Assembly: GCF_000172995.2 (NCBI RefSeq)
Contig: NC_014729.1
Location: 870,001-902,000, forward strand
From: Halogeometricum borinquense DSM 11551
GTDB taxonomy: Archaea; Halobacteriota; Halobacteria; Halobacteriales; Haloferacaceae
DNA: 32,000 nt
Reading direction: 5' to 3'
Shown one piece after another: positions 16,836-24,137 of the stretch (within the stretch, counting starts at the first letter, position 1; each line of letters starts with the position of its first letter). The position numbers were made by a program, and so were the translations under genes. Under the pieces are notes generated by a model. That model did not search any database and was not told the DNA's origin. It was given only the letters and a program-made list of their open reading frames with translations.

Positions 16836-17672
16836 TCACCGAATCTTCCGTACGTCACTCACGTCGAATCCGCCGTCGTGTATCTGCGTCTCGAAGCGGA
16901 CGATATCTTCGGACTCCAATCTGGAGAGGACGCCGCGGAACTCTTGGACGACGAGCGTTCGCGCCCGCTTTGATCCGCCGGTCTCCCACTGGAACTGGAG
17001 TGTTCCATCGACCGCGTCCATCAGGTGCGCGAGTTCCGTCCGTTCCAGCGTGTCGCGGCCGACGAGCGCGAGAATGAGACCGCCCCATCGGTGGGCCGCC
17101 TTGCTGATTCCACGTATCACCATCGAAATGTCGTTCCACGACATCTCGTCGGAGACGGCCGCAACGAGGTCGGTGATAGAGTCGATGACGACGAGATTAC
17201 CGCTTGCGTGTTCGCTCAGATAGTTTCCGAGGGCGGTCAACACCGACTCGCGGTTGTGGCGTTGACCGAGGTCTTGGAGCGTCGTGGCTTCACCCGCGTA
17301 CCACTCGCGCGGGATGGGACTCGGCCGAAAGTACGTCGCAGAGAAGTCGCGGAAGTTGATTCGCTCGGTAGCGGAATCGACCAGCGATTCGTCGAACACG
17401 TACGACATCTCCCGGCTGAGACTCTGTTTATCGGCGGTAAAGGAGATGTAGTGGACCTCTGCGGGCGGACTCGACTCCGAGTGGAGGTCGCCGTAGTAGA
17501 GATCGAACAGGTCGTCGTCGGTGCCGTAGACAGCGTTCATGGTCGCGCTCGTGAACATGAACTCGCGGGCACCGGCACCGGGTTCGCCGACGAGAAGGAC
17601 GACCGAGCCGGGTGGTGCGCCGCCATCGATGATACGGTCGAGGCGGGACACGCCGAACGGGATACTGTTCAT
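16836..17672 (-). CDS. KaiC/RAD55/RecA-superfamily single-domain protein with a degenerate Walker A (likely pseudo-ATPase)
   Basis: IPFGVSRLDRIIDGGAPPGSVVLLVGEPGAGAREF matches the start of the KaiC-like COG0467 fold, and the Walker-B-like NLVVIDSITDL is present. The P-loop reads GEPGAGAR (nt 17565-17588) instead of GxxGxGK[ST]. Confidence 0.8.
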   Translation of the reverse strand: MNSIPFGVSRLDRIIDGGAPPGSVVLLVGEPGAGAREFMFTSATMNAVYGTDDDLFDLYYGDLHSESSPPAEVHYISFTADKQSLSREMSYVFDESLVDSATERINFRDFSATYFRPSPIPREWYAGEATTLQDLGQRHNRESVLTALGNYLSEHASGNLVVIDSITDLVAAVSDEMSWNDISMVIRGISKAAHRWGGLILALVGRDTLERTELAHLMDAVDGTLQFQWETGGSKRARTLVVQEFRGVLSRLESEDIVRFETQIHDGGFDVSDVRKIR

Positions 17673-17696
17673 GCTCGGCAGTTGCCGTGACGTCCG

Positions 17697-18674
17697 TTAA
17701 TCGTTTCGCCGGATGTCCGCGCCGGTGTTTCGACCGCGTACGACGCGTACTTCACCGGCCACGTCCGCAGCAGCAAGCGCGGCCTCTCCTGCGTCGCGTG
17801 CCTCGTCTGCGTGTTCGGCGTCGGTGATGGCGTAGACGGCCGGTCCCCACGACGACTGTCCCGCACCGTAACAGGCGGGGTTGTCTTCGACGGAGGCGAC
17901 GAGTTCCCCGACCGGCGGACGGTAGACGCCGCCTTGCTCGTCGGCGTACCACGCGCCGTTGAGACGGCCGATTTCGGAGACTGCTTTTCCGAACCGTGAC
18001 GCGCTTCCGTCGGCAACTGCGGGGAGCAGTCGGCGCGAGAGCACGCCCGAGATGCGGTCTGCGATGTCTGGATCGGCGTGTTCGACCACAGAACGCATAC
18101 TTTCGTCTTCTTCGTCGCCGTTCCGTCCGGCGTCGGCGTCGGGAACGACGAGCAGAAAGCGCCAGTCGTCGGGGACGGCATGGCGAACGGCGACCGACGG
18201 AACGGTCCAGTCGCCGTCGGCCGGTCGGTCGGTGGTAAAGCGTGCCGTCGGATGGCCGGCGTCAACGAGGACGCCACCGGTTTCGAACGAGGCGACGCCG
18301 ATTCCGGATCGGCCGCCGCGGCCGAGACGAGGAGCGAGTTGCCGTACCGACACCTCGCGGTCGTTCGCGCGTCCGACTGCTACGAGCACGGCGAGCGCGA
18401 GTTGCGTCCCGCTCCCGAGACCGGCGTGTCGCGGAAGTGCTGACGACACCGTGACGTCGGCCCCCGGAACGTCGAGGATTTCGACCGCCGTTTCGACGTA
18501 GGGCCGAGCGTCCCGGTGTGAGCAGTCAATCCCGTCCGCTGGAGTCGCCGTAACGACGGTTTTCGGTTCGTCAAGACCGACACCGAGTCCGCCGTAGAGC
18601 CGTTGGTGGGCGAGGCTTAAGTTGAGAAAGCCGAAGTGGAGGCGAGCACCGGTCGAGACGCGGACGCGACTCAT
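17697..18674 (-). CDS. Beta-ribofuranosylaminobenzene 5'-phosphate (beta-RFAP) synthase homolog, GHMP-kinase superfamily
   Basis: VRVSTGARLHFGFLNL...RLYGGLGVGLDEP resembles the RFAP-synthase N-terminus (RxHxGxxDL...GGxG). A GHMP motif-2-like LPRHAGLGSGTQLALAV is also present. Confidence 0.78.
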   Translation of the reverse strand: MSRVRVSTGARLHFGFLNLSLAHQRLYGGLGVGLDEPKTVVTATPADGIDCSHRDARPYVETAVEILDVPGADVTVSSALPRHAGLGSGTQLALAVLVAVGRANDREVSVRQLAPRLGRGGRSGIGVASFETGGVLVDAGHPTARFTTDRPADGDWTVPSVAVRHAVPDDWRFLLVVPDADAGRNGDEEDESMRSVVEHADPDIADRISGVLSRRLLPAVADGSASRFGKAVSEIGRLNGAWYADEQGGVYRPPVGELVASVEDNPACYGAGQSSWGPAVYAITDAEHADEARDAGEAALAAADVAGEVRVVRGRNTGADIRRND

Positions 18675-18777
18675 CGGGCGAACTTCCGGACCGGCAAGTA
18701 TGTTGGTTTCGACGGTGGCAACTCTGGTCGGTGTTGTGAGTCACAGGTCGTTATGGTCGTCCGTACAAGGAGAGATG

Positions 18778-19235
18778 GTTCCGTTCTCCCGTCCGCCTCG
18801 GGTTGGGAACCCGACTGGCACCTCGACGATGAGGGCCAAAGGGCGGGGGGAGAACGGGGGGTGCCTTGGTCTGCCCAATGTGTCACCGAGGCGTGGAGGG
18901 GTGGGGTGGGAGCGGCCACGGCCCGGGAACACACGATTTCGGATGCGCCCCGGCGACCCGGGGCGCAGTCACGCTCTGCGTCGGGATAGGCGACAACGCG
19001 TACGACGTACGCGCCAGCTGACGACGGCTCGCTGCAGACCGCCGTCGCCTGCTATCGCCATCCGACTGCGGTGAGCGCATCTGCGGGCGCCCATGGTCAT
19101 CCGCCGGTCCTGCGGGACTCGGAACGTCGTCGGATTTGTGGGGGCGAAATGGACGCCCTGAATACGTCACCGCGTTTTCCGCTTGGGACGGGACGCACTT
19201 CAAGCGGGGAGACGCTGAATCAGGATTCAGTCGTT
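18778..19235. ncRNA. Candidate large structured RNA or structured 5' leader; family and strand unresolved
   Basis: There is no credible ORF; all frames give Arg/Pro/Gly-rich shadow peptides. The region stays GC-rich, unlike normal intergenic DNA here, and is dense with nested helices:
- 18781-18790:18848-18857 (10 bp) plus 18793-18797:18842-18846 (5 bp). This enclosing helix contains hairpins 18798-18814 (7 bp, loop GGG) and 18816-18838 (4+4 bp).
- 18863-18870:18885-18892 (8 bp, one G.U on the plus strand).
- A perfect 9-bp hairpin at 18945-18966 (GCGCCCCGG-CGAC-CCGGGGCGC).
- 18997-19013 (7 bp).
- 19022-19028:19041-19047 (7 bp).
- 19180-19208 (7 bp).
- 19215-19230 (6 bp). Confidence 0.45.
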
Positions 19236-19496
19236 TCAAGGGTTAATCCGCCCATTTAACTCAGTTTAATTCGGCTAAACTGTCGTCTCGAATCCGTCAA
19301 ACCATTCGGATACATGACAAAACACCCGATCACCATTGCGGCTAGACACACATGCCGGCAGCAGCAGGAACGGAAGCTCTGACTATGAACTGCGACCATT
19401 CACACTGTCCGCCTCGGATGCGGAAATATGCACGAAAGTGGTCACCTAAGCCGCACAGATCGGCGGCATTTGGTGTCGTTCGCCACTTCGTGACAG

Positions 19497-19514
19497 ATAA
19501 AAATACGAAAAACG
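19497..19514 (-). terminator. Oligo-T terminator candidate after the pyrG-guaA-small gene operon
   Basis: On the minus strand, two T5 runs (plus-strand aaaaa at 19499-19503 and 19508-12) begin 12 nt after the TAG stop at 19524-19526. Archaeal termination typically uses such T tracts. Confidence 0.5.
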
Positions 19515-19523
19515 AGGGGTCGG

Positions 19524-19847
19524 CTACTGTTCTGCGAGTTCCTCTGCGACCACGTCGGCCGTGAGGAGTGCGGGATCGACAGCGAGGTCAGTCTGTCCAC
19601 GGGCGTACTCCGGCAGGGAGTCGCGCGAGTACGTGACGATTCGAACCTCGGGATTTTCTTCGCGTGCGACGGGGATGATAGAGGCGTCGTCCATGTCCGT
19701 GAGGACGAGGGTGTCAGCCGAATCGATGCCCGCATCAACGATGGAGTCTCGGGTAGCGACGCCGTTGAGGCGCACCAAGTCGATTCCGAGGTCCGTCAGC
19801 GCGTCGCCGAGTCCGTCTTCGTCGGGTCCGGTGATGAGCACGGTCAT
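19524..19847 (-). CDS. Small Rossmann-like (TrkA-N/CoA-binding-like) protein, function unknown
   Basis: The ATG at 19847 overlaps the guaA stop (ATGA). The sequence [27 protein letters not shown]...[30 protein letters not shown] has a beta-alpha-beta pattern. The track's longer 143-aa version has a basic, non-haloarchaeal N-terminus and lies inside guaA. Confidence 0.65.
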   Translation of the reverse strand: MTVLITGPDEDGLGDALTDLGIDLVRLNGVATRDSIVDAGIDSADTLVLTDMDDASIIPVAREENPEVRIVTYSRDSLPEYARGQTDLAVDPALLTADVVAEELAEQ

Positions 19848-20761
19848 TCGTACTCGATGGTCGCGGGTGGCTTGTGCGTTACGTCGTAGACGACGCGTGC
19901 GACGTTGTCGTTCTGCCCCGTGATACGCGACTGGATGCGCTGGAGCGTTTCCCACGACAGTTCTTGTGCACGTGCGGTCATACCGTCACGCGACTCGACG
20001 GAGCGAACGGAAACGATCCATCCGTGGACGCGGTTGTCGCCCTTCACACCAGTTCCTTTGCCGATGACGGCGGCGAACGCCTGCCACGGATCGTACTCCT
20101 CCAGTTCCTCTTCGACGACGTGGCACGCGTGTCGTGCCACTTCGACTTTTTCCTCGGTCACTTCGCCGACGATGCGGACGGCGAGACCGGGGCCGGGGAA
20201 CGGCATGCGTTCGGAGACGACCGATTCGAGACCGAGTTCGCGGGCCACCTCACGAACCTCGTCTTTGTACAGGTCGCGGACGGGTTCGACGATACCCTCG
20301 AAATCGACAACGTCCGGCAGGCCGCCGACGTTGTGGTGTGATTTGATGTTGCCCTCGGACTCGATGCGGTCGGGGTAGATGGTCCCCTGCACGAGATAGT
20401 TGGCGTCGGTGTCCTTCGCTTCACGCTCGAACTCGCGGATGAACTGCTCGCCGATGACCTTCCGCTTTTCCTCGGGATCGATGACGCCTTCGAGTGCGCC
20501 GAGGAACCGGTCTTGCGCTTCGACGACGCGAAGCGATTCCATGTAATCGAACGTCTCGCGGATTCCTTCCGTCTCGCCCTTTCGCATCAGGCCGGTATCG
20601 ACGTAGACGGGGGTGAGTTGGTCACCGATTGCACGGTACGCGAGGGCGGCGGCGACCGACGAGTCCACGCCGCCGGAGAGAGCGATAATCGCGTTCGCAT
20701 CGCCGACCGTCTCCTGAATCTCCTCGGTTGCTTCCTCGATGAACGAATCAGTATTGACCAT
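19844..20761 (-). CDS. guaA: GMP synthase [glutamine-hydrolyzing], subunit B (ATP pyrophosphatase)
   Basis: PP-loop [10 protein letters not shown], a dimerisation domain, and the typical C-terminus ...[11 protein letters not shown]. There is no GATase domain, as expected for the archaeal split enzyme. Confidence 0.93.
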   Translation of the reverse strand: MVNTDSFIEEATEEIQETVGDANAIIALSGGVDSSVAAALAYRAIGDQLTPVYVDTGLMRKGETEGIRETFDYMESLRVVEAQDRFLGALEGVIDPEEKRKVIGEQFIREFEREAKDTDANYLVQGTIYPDRIESEGNIKSHHNVGGLPDVVDFEGIVEPVRDLYKDEVREVARELGLESVVSERMPFPGPGLAVRIVGEVTEEKVEVARHACHVVEEELEEYDPWQAFAAVIGKGTGVKGDNRVHGWIVSVRSVESRDGMTARAQELSWETLQRIQSRITGQNDNVARVVYDVTHKPPATIEYE

Positions 20762-22422
20762 TATGCTTGCACCTCCGCGTCCGCGACAATTTCACGTGCG
20801 TCCAGTTCGCCGAGTACAGCCTTCACGAAGCCGACGAACGGGGGACTTGCCCGATCCGGGCGCGAGCGGAACTCGGGATGGAACTGCGTCCCGAGGAAGT
20901 ACGGGTGGTCCGTCCGTTCGAGAATCTCCATGCGGTTGCCCGCTCGTCCGGAGAACGTCAGCGCGCCGTCTTCGAGGTCGTCGATGTAGTCGGGTGCAAC
21001 CTCGTATCGGTGACGGTGGCGTTCCGTACAGACGGTGTCGCCGTAGACGTGCGCCGCCAGCGAATCTTCGGTGATGTCCGTCTCGTGCGCGCCGAGACGC
21101 ATCGTACCGCCCATGTCTTCGGTCTCGTACTGTTCGGGGAGCAGATCGATAACGGGGTCGGACGTATCGGAGTCGATCTCCGCCGAGTGGGCGTCCTCGT
21201 GGCCGAGAACGTTCCGCGCGTGTTCGACGACGGCCATCTGGAAGCCGAGACAGAGACCGAGGAACGGAACGTCGTTCTCACGGCAGTAGCGAATCGCCTC
21301 GATTTTCCCGGCCGTCCCACGCGTCCCGAATCCGCCGGGAACGACGACGCCGTCGGCTTCTTTCAGACGGTTTTCGTGTTTGTCGAGCATCTCGTCTGAG
21401 TCCACCCAGAGGATGTTCACGTCGGTCTTCGTCTCGATACCGGCGTGCTTCAACGCCTCGTTGACGGACATGTAGGCGTCTTCGAGGTCGTACTTGCCAA
21501 CGAGAGCGATATCGACCTCTTGTTCGCGCTCGCGCGTAACGAGTTCGCGCCACTCGTTGTCGCGTTCGGGCTTCGGACGCGCCTCCGTCGAGAGGCTCAG
21601 TTGCTCCATCACGTACTCGTCGAGGCCTTCCTCTTCGACCATCAGCGGCACGTGGTAGATGTCCTCCACGTCGGAGTTCGAGAACACCGCTTCCGTGGGA
21701 ACGTCGCAGAACAGCGCAATCTTCTCTTTCGTGCTGGCGTCGAGTTTGTCCGGGCTTCGGCCGACGAGAATATCGGGTTGCAGGCCGATGCTCCGGAGTT
21801 CCTTTACGGAGTGCTGCGTGGGTTTGGTCTTCTGCTCGCCGTTTTTCGAGTACGGGACGAGTGTGACGTGAGTAAAGAGAATATCGTCGTCGTCTTCCTC
21901 GTGAGCGAACTGTCGAAGCGCTTCGAGGAACGGCATGCCCTCGATGTCACCCACAGTGCCGCCAACTTCGACGATACAGACGTCCGTCCCCTCGGCCGCC
22001 TCGCGGATACGCCGCTTGATGTCGTCGGTGACGTGCGGGATAATCTGGACCGTCTTTCCGAGGTAGTCGCCCGCGCGCTCCTTCTCGATGACGTGTTGGT
22101 ACGTTTTGCCCGTCGTGACGTTGTGGTCGGAAGTCATATCCTCCCCGAGGAATCGTTCGTAGTTCCCCAAGTCGAGGTCAACCTCGCCGCCGTCTTTCAG
22201 GACGTACACCTCACCGTGTTGGTACGGGTTCATGGTCCCGGCATCGACGTTCAGATACGGGTCAATCTTGACTGCAGTCACGTCGAACCCGGCGTTCGAG
22301 AGCAGTCTGCCCGTACTCGCGGCTGTGATGCCTTTGCCCAGTCCGGACATCACACCTCCTGTTACGAAAATGAACTTCCGACCCAGAGACGGGTCGTACC
22401 CGGTTTCGGGTTCCTTCGGCAT
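20761..22422 (-). CDS. pyrG: CTP synthase
   Basis: [17 protein letters not shown]..., then the GATase domain with GLCLGFQ and ...HRHRYEV. The ATG at 22422 is preferred over the track's 22473. The stop overlaps the guaA start by 1 nt (TAATG). Confidence 0.95.
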   Translation of the reverse strand: MPKEPETGYDPSLGRKFIFVTGGVMSGLGKGITAASTGRLLSNAGFDVTAVKIDPYLNVDAGTMNPYQHGEVYVLKDGGEVDLDLGNYERFLGEDMTSDHNVTTGKTYQHVIEKERAGDYLGKTVQIIPHVTDDIKRRIREAAEGTDVCIVEVGGTVGDIEGMPFLEALRQFAHEEDDDDILFTHVTLVPYSKNGEQKTKPTQHSVKELRSIGLQPDILVGRSPDKLDASTKEKIALFCDVPTEAVFSNSDVEDIYHVPLMVEEEGLDEYVMEQLSLSTEARPKPERDNEWRELVTREREQEVDIALVGKYDLEDAYMSVNEALKHAGIETKTDVNILWVDSDEMLDKHENRLKEADGVVVPGGFGTRGTAGKIEAIRYCRENDVPFLGLCLGFQMAVVEHARNVLGHEDAHSAEIDSDTSDPVIDLLPEQYETEDMGGTMRLGAHETDITEDSLAAHVYGDTVCTERHRHRYEVAPDYIDDLEDGALTFSGRAGNRMEILERTDHPYFLGTQFHPEFRSRPDRASPPFVGFVKAVLGELDAREIVADAEVQA

Positions 22423-22599
22423 ACCGACTGTGAGCCAGCACAGGTCAAAACCGTTTCGGAGCGTCCGATTCATTGCCAGACACCCCCACGTTCCTCACTT
22501 CTGAGAGGTTCGAAGCACTCGATTCGGAAGCCGTTTGGCGGTTCGTTCGATGTGTGTCCGAACTGACTCCCGAACGCGAATCGTTTGCTGTTCTCTGTG

Positions 22600-24000
22600 C
22601 TACTCTTCGGCCGCTGCCTCGCCTTCAGTCGTTTCCGCTTCGGCTTCTTCGGTCGCCTCCGCTTCAACCGTCTCCGCTTCGGCCGTCTCCGCTTCGGCCG
22701 TCTCCGCTTCGGCCGTCTCCGCTTCAGTCTCACGACGGCGAATCACAGGTTCGGCCTCGTCCGAGAGCGGCCGTGGGGAGGGTGTGTCAGCCTCATCGTC
22801 AGCCGCGTCTTCGGCTTCGTCACTCGATTGCTCGTCGTCGTCGAGGTCGATAGTGACGGCATCGTCGTCGAGTGCGACCTCGGCTTCCGCGTCCTCGCCG
22901 TCCGCCGCTTCGTCCGACTCCCCTCCCGTCTCGCGGGCGACGATTTCGTCGTCCTTCAGATCAATCCGTTCGACGCCCGGAATCTCCAGAATCAGGTCGG
23001 GTCCGAACGCTGCCGCGGGCGTCTGGTAGCCGGTCGGTGCCTCGCCGTTGAGCGTCTTCTTCGCGCAGAGAAGCGCGGTCTGCACAGTTATCGCGTACGT
23101 GTTGGGGGTCCGGAGACGAGAGACGACGCGGTCTGTGGGCGACCGGGCCTCTCCCCAGATACGCGCTTCGGACGATCCGCGTTCCCGTTCGTCGGGGCCT
23201 TCGACGTAGCGCTCGATGGCGCGTTGGAGCATCGACTGGGCGGGTTTCGTGTCGAGGAGTCCACCGAGAAGCGACGTTCCCGTCAGAGCGCTGCGCGCCT
23301 TCGACGGAAGCGAGAGGTACACTTCGATGTTCGGGATTTCGGTGGTGACGTACGCCGTCGAAACGTCGCCCCACGGGATAGTGACTGCGCGGTGGAGGCC
23401 TTCACCGAAGTCGATAGCGCGGGTCTTGTGTCCGGTTGGAACCCACCGCAGGTCGCCGTCTCGGCGCACGGCACCGCCGCCGGACATATCCCCGAGTGCG
23501 GTTTTGAGCGTCCCGGGCGAGATGGAGCCGTCGGATTCGAGTGCCAGCGTGAGATGCGTCGCCTCGGGGAGACGGGATTTGAGATGCGCGGCGAGACAGT
23601 CAGTCGGGACCACGTCGAAGCCGACACCGGGAAGCAAGGTGATCCCTGCCTCGTCAGCTTCGTCGCTTCGGCGTTTGATGCGCTCGAAGACGGGGATTTC
23701 GCCTGTAATGTCGAGGTAGTGCGTCTCCGTCTCGATGCAGGCATCGACCATGTGGTCGGCCGTCTCGTCGAACGGTCCCGCGCAGTTGAGAACGAGGGAC
23801 ACGTCGTCCAGCATCGTCGCGGCCTGCGACACGTCGAACGTGCGGTAGGGGAGGTCAAGTTCGTTGGCGACATCGCGCGTCCGCTTCTCGTCGCGGCCCG
23901 CGAGGACCACATCGAGGTCGCGGTCGGCCGCTTCTTCGGCGATGAGGCGACCGGTGTATCCGTACGCGCCGTAGACGAGGAACCGAGAGTCGTCGGACAT
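22600..24000 (-). CDS. Saccharopine dehydrogenase-like NAD(P)-binding oxidoreductase with a ~115-aa acidic low-complexity C-terminal tail
   Basis: The start is MSDDSRFLVYGAYGYTGRLIAEEAA (GxxGxxG Rossmann), then ...NCAGPF...HYLDITGE...LPGVGFDVVPTD. The tail DDEIVARETGGESDEAADGEDAEAE...TEAETAEAETAEAETAEAETVEAEATEEAEAETTEGEAAAEE is in frame. The 624-aa track ORF is trimmed to the ATG at 24000. Confidence 0.8.
   Translation of the reverse strand: MSDDSRFLVYGAYGYTGRLIAEEAADRDLDVVLAGRDEKRTRDVANELDLPYRTFDVSQAATMLDDVSLVLNCAGPFDETADHMVDACIETETHYLDITGEIPVFERIKRRSDEADEAGITLLPGVGFDVVPTDCLAAHLKSRLPEATHLTLALESDGSISPGTLKTALGDMSGGGAVRRDGDLRWVPTGHKTRAIDFGEGLHRAVTIPWGDVSTAYVTTEIPNIEVYLSLPSKARSALTGTSLLGGLLDTKPAQSMLQRAIERYVEGPDERERGSSEARIWGEARSPTDRVVSRLRTPNTYAITVQTALLCAKKTLNGEAPTGYQTPAAAFGPDLILEIPGVERIDLKDDEIVARETGGESDEAADGEDAEAEVALDDDAVTIDLDDDEQSSDEAEDAADDEADTPSPRPLSDEAEPVIRRRETEAETAEAETAEAETAEAETVEAEATEEAEAETTEGEAAAEE
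22666..22725 (-). repeat. 4 x 15-nt in-frame tandem repeat encoding (AETAE)n
   Basis: The sequence is aaccgtctccgcttc, then ggccgtctccgcttc three times with no mismatch (22681-22725). Degenerate copies flank it in 22621-22665. Confidence 0.9.
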
Positions 24001-24137
24001 GGCTCGGAGTTGGGTCGTCGGAAGGTTATTCGTACCGCTTCGTCGGGCGGGGCCGCCGAACGGGACCCCACCGTCCGAAACCCGAGTTGTCTGCCGGGAC
24101 CGACGCTGTTGAGGCCGCGGCGTGTGAACGCCGCCGC

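Noticed and set aside
18841-18915. G-tracts (GGGCGGGGGGAGAACGGGGGG, GGAGGGGTGGGGTGGG) as G-quadruplex elements.
   Set aside because: Neither cluster gives four clean G3 tracts with 1-7 nt loops. The first cluster is better explained as the 3' strand of the 18781-18797 helix.
18778-19235. Identification of the structured region as RNase P RNA or SRP (7S) RNA.
   Set aside because: I scanned both strands by eye. I found neither the universal RNase P P4 motifs (GGAAAGUCC, ACAGAA-N-GGCUUA) nor the SRP helix-8 GGAAGGGAGCA-type motif. Partial resemblances (GGGUGGGGUGGGAGCGG, GAGGGCCAAAGGG) occur in the wrong order. It is left as an unknown family pending an Rfam scan.
19352-19564. A 70-aa ORF in the AT-rich spacer (MPAAAGTEALTMNCDHSHCPPRMRKYARKW...).
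   Set aside because: Its composition is basic and not haloarchaeal, it runs into the 3' end of the convergent Rossmann-like gene, and it has no recognisable motif or promoter spacing.
22621-22725. Short direct repeats (15 nt) as a possible CRISPR or minisatellite locus.
   Set aside because: The repeats are contiguous with no spacers, are in frame, and encode the (AETAE)n tail of the saccharopine-dehydrogenase-like ORF. No cas genes are present in the window.
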